IMG/VR virus record: IMGVR_UViG_3300049846_001037
Location: 141,427 to 205,426 of that record
Length of the DNA: 64,000 nucleotides
Direction: 5' to 3' (one strand)
Shown piece after piece: positions 46,274 through 57,505 of this stretch. The notes beneath the pieces were generated by a model. It did not search any database, had not been told where the DNA came from, and worked only from the letters and a program-made list of their open reading frames with translations. A program made the translations under genes and the position numbers. Numbering within the stretch: the stretch's first letter is position 1; the number at the start of each line of letters is the position of its first letter.

Positions 46274-48021
46274 TTTTTACGTCAGCCAGGGCGGTTTCCT
46301 GCGGCGGTCTGTCCAAGTCCCAGAGGGCGGGAGAGACCTATGCGGCAGGAAAGGGGTTCAAGTCTCTATATTTGTTCATACAGCAGAGCGGGGCTAAACT
46401 TTATTTTCTTCTTGGCAAAATTACACCTTAGCCACTTATCATCTATGCGTGACCTTTCAGCCTTTTTCTTGCGATTCTTCATTGCCTTTTCAACAGCCTT
46501 ATTTCTTTGAGCAATATACTCATCTGTTAAAAAGACATCATCATCCCAGTTATTGATTCTCATGTTGCGCCTAGAAGATGCCCTTACGGGCGAAGGCTCG
46601 GCGTTCTGCCCTGTTGCGGGGGACTGGGGCATTGTGCAGGTTCGCCACCATGTTGCCCAGTTCACGTTGGACGGCTTCGCTCTTGCGCTTGAGGGTGTAG
46701 AGCGAGAAGGTGGTCTTGATGGCGTAGAGCAGTCGGCGGAAGAACTTCATGGCTTGCTCCTTTTCTTAGAGGCTTGCTTGCGGCTCTGGACCATGTGGTG
46801 AGCGTCCCGTAAGGCTGAGTTTATCTTGGCGAACATCGGGTCGTCAAGAGTAAACCCCATGCCGAAAAGCAATTCGACCAGTTTGCTTAACTTGGTGTGA
46901 AACTCAGCCAGTTCCTTGTCGGTAAGAGCCTGAGCCCTCATGTATTTGGCGTAGAGGTCGGTGAGTTTCATGGTTCGGTCAGCCCGTCAAAGGCTCCCTT
47001 CTTGATGCAGGCAGAGCAGTTGTCCTTGCCGTTGCGTGTGACCTTGCCGCAAGTCAGGCAGAGGTCTTGCGATCTGACGGGCGTGTAGACAGTCCCGCAA
47101 GAGGGGCACTCATCATCGCAGGTGGAGTCCCAGTCGCTCGTCCACTTCTCCCTGCACTTTTTGCAATGGTAGTGGTTGCGGAAACGCATGACTGCTTCTT
47201 CGTGGAGTGTGTTGCTCATGGCTTACCCCTTCACGTTGATGGGCAGGCGGGTGTAGGAGTAGCCCTTCGTGGTGAGTTCGAAGGCGTAGTGGACTTCCTT
47301 GATGGAGCAGATGAAGCCAAAGGGACGCTTGGTGGCTTTGACGAAGGTAGCCCCATGCTGTTCGACCAGAGGCTTCATCACGTTGCCGTAATCGTTGATG
47401 TTCTCGTAAGCCCTCTCGTCCATCCAACGGGAGTAGAGGTTGCAGAGGGCATCTTCCAGTTTCTTGGACTCGAAGATGGTCTTAGCCACCCTCTTGATGC
47501 CGTTGATGATGGTGTCGGTTTCGGCTGGGGTCATTTTGACCTTGAGCCAAGAGGGGCAGGGAGTAGGCTTGTGAGGCATGGCATTCTCCTTTGAGTTACC
47601 CCTATACTAAACCATTTACTTTAGCTTGTCAATAGACCCGCAAATCATTTTTGCTCATCAGGTCCATTTCTTGGGGCGTAGGCGTGACCTTTATACCTGC
47701 CATGCGTTCCCCCAGTAAGCCAGTATCCACACGCCAGCCTGCACATTCTTCTGCGATGTTCTGGGGTATCATCTGTTCGTTCTCACCGAACCTGTTGGCA
47801 TCATCGCATATCTTCTTGGCTTCTGTCTCGGTATACAGACCTGCCTGATGCAAGTCATTGGTATAGCCGTTGGAAGCAGGTCGCCACCAGCAGGCAATAC
47901 CCTTTGGATGTTCATGTTCAATTGACCTGATGTAGTAAAGCATTGGTTCCTCCAGTTGTTCCCAGTCTAACCTGCGGAAGTCACGTCGTCAAGCCCTCTG
48001 GGGATCAGGAGGGGGTGTTCC

Positions 48022-48037
48022 TACTTAAATTTAAGTA
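48022..48037. repeat. intergenic palindrome copy 8
   Basis: cc-TACTTAAATTTAAGTA-gg. Confidence 0.9.
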
Positions 48038-49550
48038 GGTACTGCAGAGCTGCAGGGCGGCACTGCAGGGCGCAAAGAAAAAGCCCCCGTGTTGCTGGGG
48101 GCTTATTCTTGGGAGCCTATCTTTTTCCAGTCCATTAGGGCTTGGCTATATCTGGGTTGTTCATCGTAATCATCATCGTAGTTATTTCCCCATTTGTTGC
48201 CCCTAACAGCCCCATCCACCTGCCTTAGCCGGTCACGCATTTGCCTATTCTCTTCTTGAAGGAAATGAAGAAGTTCCATCATCTCCTTAACCTTCTTTGG
48301 GGTGGTGGGAGGAACATGAGTCAACTCTTCCTCTAAGTCCCGAACAGTCTTCTCCAGTTCATCGACGGTATGTTCGTAGGTCTTTATTTCTTTATCCTTG
48401 TCATCGATCTCTTTCTGCATCTTGCCTTTCTCTTTTTCATGTTCAGAATCTTTTTCTTCTAACTTGTTCTCCAGAGAGGTGATGGTATCCCGTGCAGAAT
48501 CAAGTTCCTGTTCTAAGACAGGAACCTTTTCTGCTTCCTTCTTCAACTCCTCGTATGTGTGGAGATGGTCTAGAAGTCCCATTTACTTGAGGTGAGGGAA
48601 TTGTTCTTTCTCCCACTCCATCCCTTTCGTGAAGGCTCGGTGTATCCAGAAGAAGCAGATGCCAGCGATGAAGAATGGCAGGGTGATGGCTCTTGCGAAC
48701 TTCTCTCGGTTGCTCATTTCTTTTCTCCGATGATGGGAGGCAGGATGATGACCTTCTCACAGACCTTGGAGTAGGTATTGCCGCTCTTGCATCTCCAGAT
48801 GTTCAAGCAGCCCTCTGGCGTTCCCTCATAGCCGGTGCCGATGGCTTCGCAGTCATCCTCTCGGCCGTCCATGAAGGTGATGTGGAAATACTTGGGAGGC
48901 GTATCCTCACAGCCAGCCAAGAACCCCACGCAGAGGAGAGCAAGAAAAAGATTCTTCATCGGCTCACCTCGTAGTAGTTGCATTCATGTTCGTTGCAGGC
49001 TTGATGCTTGGGAGTCCAGATGAGTCCAAAGAGGTGAGGCTCGACCATCTGCCAGTTGTAGCGGGCATAGCCGACACGAGCTTCGGAACGGACGAAACGC
49101 ATCTTCTCACAGCCCAGTCCGATGGTGCCATAGAGTTTCGGAGCGATGTAGAACTTGGGGATGAAGAGGTAGAGGACCAGAGCCGCCAAGCCCCAGCCAG
49201 CCCAGTCGTTGATGAAGGTAGACACGGCTTCGGCATGGGGAATGGTGAGGCAGAGCAGGAGCGTGGTGCCGCCATAGAGGATCATCAGAAGGTCGTAGAT
49301 GTTGATGTAGCCATCCTTAGCCAGTCGCCCACGCAAGAGGCGATAGGTAGGACGAGCCAGCAGCACAGCAGAGAAGATGTAGAGCGGCAGGAGGCTTCTC
49401 ATGACTTCACCTCAAACTCTTTAGAGGAATAGGAGTAGTCGGGGTTCGTCTTCGTTGCTATGAACTTGTCAGCCGCTTCTTGGCTCAGGAAAATATCCTC
49501 CACCTCTGGAGACTCCCATGCCAAACAATGCTTGAAGACAACATAGACCT

Positions 49551-49901
49551 TCATGACTTCACCTTGAGAAGTTCTTGCATCTTGTTATGCATCTTCATCT
49601 TGTGGTCGGAGTGACCAGAGCAGGCTTGCATCTTGGGCGGGATGAAGTCGGGGTTGTGTTCCAGCCAAGCGAGAACATCGTAGCCGTTCTCGTCATCAGG
49701 GCTGTGGCTGAGTTGCCAGTCGATATGGACTTCGGAGAGCAGACCCTTCCAGTTACGGAGCATCATGATGCCATCGTAGTAGTTACGGGCATAGATGAGT
49801 TGGGTCTTGCCTGCGGCGATGTTGGCTCCATCCTCGGTATAGTCGGGGATGATGTCTTGCCAACGCTTCTGATCGTCGATGATGAGGATGACTTTCATCA
49901 C
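49551..49901 (-). CDS. stand-alone receiver-fold protein (cyclic-phosphate-processing REC-like)
   Basis: ILIIDDQKR...ARNY...HIDWQL...NGYDVLAWLE...CSGH pattern. Confidence 0.55.
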   Translation of the reverse strand: MMKVILIIDDQKRWQDIIPDYTEDGANIAAGKTQLIYARNYYDGIMMLRNWKGLLSEVHIDWQLSHSPDDENGYDVLAWLEHNPDFIPPKMQACSGHSDHKMKMHNKMQELLKVKS

Positions 49902-50590
49902 GCCACCTTCCTGTAACCCTTGGAGTGGACCTTGACCTTCACCACCTTGCGGGCTTCTTCTTCGGTGTAGTCGTCCTTGGAATCCTGAACGCCACGCTCA
50001 ATGCGACCCCACTTGGCGGTGAACAGACCATTGGGGTTGGCGTAGATTTCCCAAAACTTGTTGTGGTTGCCCTTGGTGCATTCGTAGCGACCCTCGAAAT
50101 CCAGACGGCGGACGGGCTTGGCGGTGGACTTGCTGACCTTGGTGATTTTGCCGTCCTTCAACTTGAGGTAGACCTTAACACCTTCCTCGGCGTCTGTCAC
50201 GTTCTCCCTCTTGAGCTCTTTGCCCAACTTGGAGAGTTCGTGGATGTTGGCTCCCATCAGCACTTCGTAGATGGCAGGGATGGGAGCGTCAAAGGTCTCC
50301 TTGACGATTTCGAGGAAGTCACGGAGCGAGGTCTCCTTGGAAACCTTGTCCATCATCTTGCCAGCCTTCTTAGAGCCCAGCAAGAAGGCAGACGAATTGG
50401 GCAGGCAACCCTTGGACTTGAGGTACGCCTCGATGATCTTGTCACGCTCAGGGGTCCGTTCCTCAGAACCGACATACCCGCCAATCTTCTCCCCAGCCGT
50501 GAAGGCTTTGAAGAAATCGGATTCCGTCAGGTCCGAAGAAAGACCCCCCAAGACCTTGGCTTTGTCGATGACGTTGTTGTTGGTCAACAT
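49898..50590 (-). CDS. WGR-domain protein
   Basis: C-terminal ECTKGNHNKFWEI...FTAKWGRI...KGYR. Confidence 0.7.
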   Translation of the reverse strand: MLTNNNVIDKAKVLGGLSSDLTESDFFKAFTAGEKIGGYVGSEERTPERDKIIEAYLKSKGCLPNSSAFLLGSKKAGKMMDKVSKETSLRDFLEIVKETFDAPIPAIYEVLMGANIHELSKLGKELKRENVTDAEEGVKVYLKLKDGKITKVSKSTAKPVRRLDFEGRYECTKGNHNKFWEIYANPNGLFTAKWGRIERGVQDSKDDYTEEEARKVVKVKVHSKGYRKVA

Positions 50591-50714
50591 GGTATTCTCC
50601 TGAGTTATGAGCAAAGTATAACTAATTAATGATAGCTTGTCAAGAGGATTGTTATTGTATTTTTGTAAAGAGACTCCATCTGGGAGCCCTGGGATCCTAG
50701 CTCCCGTCGTAGGC

Positions 50715-50730
50715 TACTTAAAAATAAGTA
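50715..50730. repeat. intergenic palindrome copy 9
   Basis: TACTTA-AAAA-TAAGTA. Confidence 0.9.
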
Positions 50731-50833
50731 AGGGCAGCAGGTGGCAGCGGGCGGAGGTGGCAGGCTGCTCTGGGCGCAAAGAAAAAGCCCTCCGTTTCCA
50801 GAGGGCTTCTTCTTGCTTGGGTTGGCGAGGGTG

Positions 50834-51034
50834 TTAGTGGCGGCGGAGGTTCATGCCGAGCCGCTTCATGGCGACCAGGAGCGGGACGTACTTGAGGTTG
50901 GAGCCGTTCTTGCTGTTGACGCTCTTGAGGACCGCCTTGAGGCTCTTGGTGGGCGTGACCATCGCCACCAGCTTCTGGATGCGCTCCTTGGTGTAGATGG
51001 CGGGGCGACCACGCTTGCTCGTCTGCTTCTTCAT
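50834..51034 (-). CDS. small basic DNA-binding protein (AT-hook-like KRGRP plus helical domain)
   Basis: MKKQTSKRGRPAIYTKERIQ...YVPLLVAMKRLG; has its own promoter and terminator. Confidence 0.5.
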   Translation of the reverse strand: MKKQTSKRGRPAIYTKERIQKLVAMVTPTKSLKAVLKSVNSKNGSNLKYVPLLVAMKRLGMNLRRH

Positions 51035-52690
51035 GGCGTTCTCCTACGTTTGTGAGGGTTTAGTCCCTCGGTGGTGGATGATGGATGTATCTTAACCTTT
51101 TCGTTAGCGCTTGTCAAGGGTTATTGTTATCAACCCCAGACAATTTTCTTTATCTGCTTGACAAGGGCTTTTTGGTCAGCAGGGGTCAACTGGCTGAACA
51201 GGGTCATGTGGTCGGGAATCATCTCAGCCATGACGGAGCCAACGTTCTTCCCACCAGTCAACTGATGGACTTCATAGACCATGCGTTGCCCGATGGTCTT
51301 GGCTTCCTTCAACGCCTCTTCCAATGTCACGGCTGGCTTCTTCATGTCGGCGTTCCCTTCTGGATGTTGTAGATAGCCTTGAGCACCCACTCCTCAGTCC
51401 AACGGGAATTGCAGTTGTCGCAGGAGACATGGGCGTAGGCGTGTTCCATGTCGATAGGCTCGATGGCGTCAAGGGCTGTGGTGCCGCCGTCGAAGCCGCA
51501 GACAGGGCAGGCATAGTCTTGCAGATATTTCTTGGAAGCCTTAGCCTCTTCCTCGTCTTGGAGTTTAGCCAAGTGACCTTCGACCTCAGCCTGAACCTGC
51601 TCTGGGTCATCGGGCTTCTCAACGAGTTGTCCTGCCTTGTTGCGTGCCATGTCATCATCCTAGATATGGACAGCGCCCTTGTCAATGCTGATGTGGCTCA
51701 GACGCTCACAGAGTTTCTTGATGCTCTGTCCTGTGGAAGCCCTCTCGTAGACTTCGTTGAGGATGAGTTCGGCTGCTTTCTGGAGAAGACCTCGGTCATC
51801 GTAAGCCCGCAGGTTGGTGCAGTAGGATGCGTCATCCACTTGCTCCCAGCCTGCTCCCGAATCACGCATGACATCGAATCGCAGCAGAGGCTCATCATCG
51901 GGGTCTTCGGGGCGGTAGTCGCCATTGATGCCTTCGGCGCAATCCCAGCAGATCTCAACACGGACATTGTTGCGGGTGACAGAGATGATGGGGCAATCGG
52001 ACTCCACATCTTCCTGCATGAGCATCCGGCGGAAGTCTTCCTTGGATTGGTGAACCTTGTCCCCGATGGCATCAAAGGGCATGGCTTACCTCTCGATCTT
52101 GATGTTGAGGGTCTTAGCCAGAGCCTTGGCTTCCTTCTGTTCCGCTTGCGTCACGCCCTCGTTCAGAGCCTTGACTTGCAGAGCATAGTATCGCCAGTGC
52201 TTCTTCTCGTTGGAGAGCATGGTGCGGACCTGCTTCTCCAAGAGCAGCATCTCCTTACGGGTCAGGGTGGTGGTCACACCCCCGCCGTTGGCATTGATGA
52301 GCCTGACATAGAACATCTTCTTGCGGCCGTCCTTGAAGGGCTTGACGGAGATGTTGGGCTTCTTCATGGCTTACGCCCTCCGTGTGGGGGTCATCCAGTC
52401 GGGATACTTCACCGCCCAGTCCAAGCCCACCGTGCGGCAGAACTTGGTCAGCGCCCGCTTGCCGCCCGTCAGCAGAAGGCCAGCGTGGCCGACATAGGGG
52501 GTGTGGGTCCGCCTCATGGTCACGCCCATCTCCTTCGCCACGTCCTTCATGGTGTTCCAAGGGTAGGTCGTCCCCTTGACGTAGGAGAGGTCCAACTCGA
52601 ACTGCTTCTTCGTGGGCTTCTGCTGCTTGGTAGCCATGACTGTCTCTGAGTTTGAGTATGGGATTAGTATAACTTGTTTATGCTAGCTTG

Positions 52691-53215
52691 TCAAGCATAG
52701 TAGAGGCAGGGGATGATTTCTTTTTTCTGCTTGAGGTAGGCGGAGACCCGATGCCAGCCATCTTGGAAAAGACCGTCATCCTTGTAGGACGAGAAGATGG
52801 TAGGGAAGTCGGTGGTCTTATGGCGAGGGATGCCTTCCCCTTCCCGCTCGTTCAACCACTCCTTGAGGGTATCATGACCGCTTTTCAAAGCCTTGAAGGA
52901 CTTCATCAGGGCGGCTTCGATCTCGGAACGGGGAACCATCGCCAAGCCAAACTTGACTTTCCCGTAATGCTTGTCGAAGAAGTCCATGTTCTTGAGGATG
53001 AACTTGTGGATAAGAGGTGAGGGGTCATCCTTGCCGAACAGGACTCCCTGATGCTCTTGTAGCTTTTTTGTCAGAGGTGGCATCTTCCATGCTTCCCCAT
53101 CCACAGCCATGTACCAGATCATCGCCCTCTTAGCCCCCAGAGGGAGTTGGGAGAAGGGCATGACCTTGCCGTATTTCTTGGCGAGGTGTCTGTTCCAGCA
53201 GTTGAGGTTAGCCAC
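52691..53215 (-). CDS. possible ParB/Srx-like domain protein
   Basis: PTIF...LFQDGWHRVSAY...IIP resembles the ParB-N DGxHR motif. Confidence 0.35.
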   Translation of the reverse strand: MANLNCWNRHLAKKYGKVMPFSQLPLGAKRAMIWYMAVDGEAWKMPPLTKKLQEHQGVLFGKDDPSPLIHKFILKNMDFFDKHYGKVKFGLAMVPRSEIEAALMKSFKALKSGHDTLKEWLNEREGEGIPRHKTTDFPTIFSSYKDDGLFQDGWHRVSAYLKQKKEIIPCLYYA

Positions 53216-53658
53216 GGGGTTTCCATCCTTTCAGCCGCTTGGTGCAATCGGAGTTCCAGCCCAGTTCCCGCCAAGCCTTGCGGCAGGACTCAACACGGGT
53301 CATCCCCTGCTTCTCGTACTTGAAGGCGAGTTCGTTGCATTGACGCAGACGCATCAGGCGGGTGTATTCCTTCTCCCCAATGCGGCGGCGAAAGGCTTTC
53401 TCGGTCTGTTGGCTCTGGTATTCGCCCCAAGAGAGTCCCGTCTTCTTCTCGAAGTCCTTGTGGGACTGGTCCAGAGCCTTCTCAGCCAACTTAACAGCGT
53501 CAAGCAGGTCATAATACTTCTTGGCGGCGGTGTGGACGTTGGCTTTGGCGGACTTGAGGATTTGGGCTTTGGTGGACATGGGCTTCTCCCTTGAGTTGAA
53601 CCCATGATAAACTAATTCCCTGAACTTGTCAACGCCCGCTGCGAGGAGGTGGCTCGTT

Positions 53659-53674
53659 TACTTAAATTTAAGTA
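53659..53674. repeat. intergenic palindrome copy 10
   Basis: TACTTAAATTTAAGTA. Confidence 0.9.
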
Positions 53675-54040
53675 GTCTTCAGGATCCTGCAGAGCTCTGC
53701 AGCTGCAGCCTTAAGCAAGAAACCCCATCAAGCTTTCTGATGGGGTTCTCGTGGGAATCTGCTGATGTCTATTCGTTCTGGTGTGTGGCTGGGACTATAT
53801 CGTTCTTGTTTCTTGTAGAGCCTATTTGCAGGTATCCCGTATTTCCTGCCCTCGAACATTACCCTACACCAGTCTTTATCTTTCTGGGTGAACACCGCAA
53901 CAACTTCTACTTTCCTGACTGGGGGAGAGCTAAGTCTTTTGTCCCCATCTACGAAGGCATAGTCGGTGTAGGCTATGCTGGACTTCTCTGCCGAGGGTTT
54001 GTTGTGGTGGGTCAGTTTAATGAACCCCGGCACTTTGTCT

Positions 54041-54811
54041 TCATTCGTTACTGGGTTTCTCTCCAGTTTCCTGAATCTCTTGTTCGATGACATTTGCTCC
54101 CCCAGAGGCGTTGGAAAAGAGAATCTTCCTAGCCTCATTATTTTCGTTGGCTTCAATCTCAATCTCTTTCATCCCGTTGGCTTCGTGAGCATGACCAAAG
54201 AGATGGAGAAATAGATTCTTGAAGAACGGATATTCATTACGCAAGGCGCTGCCGAACAATCTGGTGTAAAGGCAGTTGTAGCCGATGTGTTGTCCGCCAT
54301 AGTTGTGGTCGAGGACTTGGCTAGGCGGGGCGTGGGTAATCAGAACATTGATGTTGGGGCCGAGCTGATGCAGGAGTTCATTGAAGTCGAACTCCTCTAG
54401 CTCCTCATGCCACTCTTTGATAAGCGGGTGGATACCGACGGCCAAGCCAACGGACAAGCCATCCACTTCAACCACACGAGCGCCCTTGAATTGGGTGATG
54501 GCGTTGGGGAAAGCTTTTGAGAAGTCGCAGAAGTCGTGGTTCCCATTGACGATGATGAGAACCCGATGCGGGATTCGGTCAAGCAGAGGCTTCAAGGCAT
54601 TGATAGCCCATTGAAGTTGGTGGGCTCCCTCAGCCTCTCTGTCTATTTTACGAAATCCGTTGGCTAAGAGAGTCATGTATTTTACATGGGTAGGCGCAAT
54701 GTCCCCACTCAAGACAATCCAATCAAAGGACTGCCCTGAGGCAATAATCTTCCACAGGATCTTTAGAATCCCATGAAGGTCGGAAAGATGAAGGATGCGA
54801 AGGGTTCTCAT
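54041..54811 (-). CDS. calcineurin-like metallophosphoesterase
   Basis: SDLHG, SGD, GNHD, THAPP and FGHAH motifs. Confidence 0.85.
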   Translation of the reverse strand: MRTLRILHLSDLHGILKILWKIIASGQSFDWIVLSGDIAPTHVKYMTLLANGFRKIDREAEGAHQLQWAINALKPLLDRIPHRVLIIVNGNHDFCDFSKAFPNAITQFKGARVVEVDGLSVGLAVGIHPLIKEWHEELEEFDFNELLHQLGPNINVLITHAPPSQVLDHNYGGQHIGYNCLYTRLFGSALRNEYPFFKNLFLHLFGHAHEANGMKEIEIEANENNEARKILFSNASGGANVIEQEIQETGEKPSNE

Positions 54812-54907
54812 AGTGGGGTCATTGTATTACATCTGGCTGGTTCGTCAAGTGGCCAATTTTACAAAAGGGGCTTGCTCGCTGGTGGTTTTGATGGCTCGCT
54901 ACCGATT

Positions 54908-54923
54908 TACTTAAATTTAAGTA
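54908..54923. repeat. intergenic palindrome copy 11
   Basis: TACTTAAATTTAAGTA. Confidence 0.9.
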
Positions 54924-55127
54924 GAGACTCGCCTGCAGCTAAGCCCGGATATACTGCAGTGCGCTTAAGAGCCCCATTGGGAAATAAGGGTTTTCAGACG
55001 CCTAGCTGCAGGGATCTGCAGATATGTGCCGCTAATCTCCTGGGCACGAGCTTAGTACGCCTGGGCACAACAAAAAAGCTCCCCAGCTTGAGGGAGCTTT
55101 CTTGTGCGGCTACGGGCTTACGCTTTC

Positions 55128-55370
55128 TTAGGCTACTACGGCTTCTGGCTTCTTAGCCGCATTTGCCTTTTTAATTTCGGCGTATTTCTTGGGTATCTTC
55201 AACCCATAACGCCTGATGGCTCGATTGATGGAGACATAGGGCCATTTATGACCGCCTTCCATCTTCTCGGTCTTCTCTCGGCATTGCTCCTTGATGGGCT
55301 TGCCAAGAGTCTCCTTAATTCTTATCATTTCCTTGATGTCATCTTCCGTGTAACATATGGGGCGAGGCAT
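55128..55370 (-). CDS. small basic DNA-binding protein, apparent paralog of 50834-51034
   Basis: MPRPICYTEDDI...YVSINRAIRRYGL. Confidence 0.45.
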   Translation of the reverse strand: MPRPICYTEDDIKEMIRIKETLGKPIKEQCREKTEKMEGGHKWPYVSINRAIRRYGLKIPKKYAEIKKANAAKKPEAVVA

Positions 55371-56670
55371 TGCTAAACCTCCAACAAGTTGGGATACAGT
55401 CTTACCTTATTATACTTTTAGTGGGACGAAAGCACAAGTTTTTTTGTGGAAGAATGACGGACGCCCTCTACATTGTCAAAGGCACCCCATAGTTTTCCAT
55501 AACCGGCTTTTTCGGGGAGGCGTTTCAATACACGCAACAGAACATGACCTTTGCCAGACACAGAACGATTACCGTCCGTAATTGAGAACTTGTCTTTCCC
55601 CAACGAAAGTATCATCACGCTGGTCTTGTTTATCCAAAGCCTCTCGAACTCCAGTAGGAGCTTGGCTTCGTATTGGCTTGGCTTGAAATATGCGGGCATC
55701 TCTTCTCCTGAGTATCAGTAACTCATTATACTCAGGAAAAGAGATCCTTTCAAAAAAATCTTATCGAACCCGCAGTTTCTTGCCGCTCTTCCCACGTCGG
55801 ATGAGGCTCATGACATCCTCCTTCGGTTGATATCACTTCTTAGAAGAAGCCGTTGTACTTCACAGCTTCCCTGATGCTGTTGACGATCCGTGCCTTCGCA
55901 GCCCTGTCGAAGTTCTCCATCACGTTGTTCATGATGCCACTGGAGGTGACGGCTCGGCTGCTCTCGTTCAGGACGTTCTCCGTGAGGTGTTTCAGGAACC
56001 GCTCCAGCTTCTCTGACTCAGGAACCTTCTTGTTCTCCTGCAGAGCCTTGGCCATGTCGATGTAGAGCCCCAGCCACTTGTGGTAAGCAGCGTGGTCGCA
56101 GGCATTGGAGCCCCACGTCAGGAACTTATGCATGTCCTCAGCAGCCTTCTCCTTGTAGGACGCCATCAAGGCGGACATGCCCTGATGTTCCGTCCACATC
56201 CAGTTGATGCAGGCTTGCAGGTTGAGCTTGGACTTCTTCTTCACTGTAGCCATGACATCTCCTACTTAGAGCGAATGGGCTTGGCTTGAGGACGCCCCTT
56301 CTTCTTGCAGTTCGGGCAGGGCTTCTTGCGTTTGTCGTTGGCTTTCTCCAACTTCCTCAGTTCAGCCTGAGGTGTAGTTCGGGAGAACTCAGCCTTCCCC
56401 GTCTTGGGGTTGAATTCGATCTTGATCATTGGATGTACTCCTCAGCAGCGTCCATCGCCATCTGGGCTTTGCCTTGACCATGAGCAGCATAGCGGGTCTC
56501 CTCGACCAACCAACGCTTGGTGCCCATCTTACCAGGCAGCGGAATCTTCACCGTGAGGACTCCCACCCCATTGTAGGTCATCACTTGGAACTTGATGCCG
56601 CTCTTATGCTCGGCCGTGAAGTCCGTCTCTGGGCGATGGACATCAGGCACCCACTTCAGTTTGGGTCGCT

Positions 56671-56958
56671 TCATTGCTCCACCTCTTTGGTCAGAGATTG
56701 GCAGAGTTGGTAGTAGCTGCCATTGCCTAAAGCTGTGGGACTGCCATAGAGCTTCCAGCCATCCTGGAGCATTTGGTTGACTCGCCTGCTCAGGTCATCC
56801 TCGCTGCTATCGCAGACCATCGAGTAGACCGTCACCTTCTTCGGCACCTTCTGCTCCTTCGCCCCAGACAACTGGAAGGGGACGAAGACCGCCAAGAAGA
56901 CGAGACACATCAGCGATGCCCAACCTTGTGGCGTGAGACGCTTGAAGAACTTCTTCAT
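56671..56958 (-). CDS. membrane-anchored DUF1737-like protein
   Basis: TM segment followed by LSRRVNQMLQDGWKLYGSP...LCQSLTK. Confidence 0.55.
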   Translation of the reverse strand: MKKFFKRLTPQGWASLMCLVFLAVFVPFQLSGAKEQKVPKKVTVYSMVCDSSEDDLSRRVNQMLQDGWKLYGSPTALGNGSYYQLCQSLTKEVEQ

Positions 56959-56968
56959 GGCTGGCTCC

Positions 56969-57505
56969 TCAGATGAACTTCACCTTGATGGCGACGATGT
57001 TGCCCTTGGCGTCTTCACGGGTGTAGGCGGTGTAGGAGCCATCGCCGTAACCGCTGCTCGACACGGCTCCGTGAGGCATGACGCCACCGTGGTTCTCGTG
57101 GTTGGGGTCTTCCTCGTTGCCGCAGGTGAGGGAGCAGGCGGCAGCGTAGAAGGGAGCCCCGCCATCCTTGTCCTTGTCCTTCGCCATCTTCTCCCATTGC
57201 TTGGTGATCTTGCCCACCGACTCCGAAGCCTTGCGGTAGAACTTGTCATCGAAGATGGACATCTGACCGCTGTCCACGCCGCAGTCGATGTTGAGGGCGA
57301 TCCACTTGTCGGCAGGCTTCGCCTTGGCGTGGGTCACGACCAGGCTGGCGACACGTCCCTCACGGTTGAGGTTGGCGGTAGCCTTCCACTCGCCCTTGAG
57401 GACGCCGCTGACGGTACCGGCGCAGATGGTGCCCTTCTCGTAGCAAGGGTCGGAGATGCGGACTTTGCCGGTCTCGATGGTGAAGGTTCCGATGGACTTC
57501 TTCAT
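56969..57505 (-). CDS. DUF4241-like protein
   Basis: GKVRISDPCY, GVDSGQMSIFD and SSGYGDGSY motifs. Confidence 0.55.
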   Translation of the reverse strand: MKKSIGTFTIETGKVRISDPCYEKGTICAGTVSGVLKGEWKATANLNREGRVASLVVTHAKAKPADKWIALNIDCGVDSGQMSIFDDKFYRKASESVGKITKQWEKMAKDKDKDGGAPFYAAACSLTCGNEEDPNHENHGGVMPHGAVSSSGYGDGSYTAYTREDAKGNIVAIKVKFI

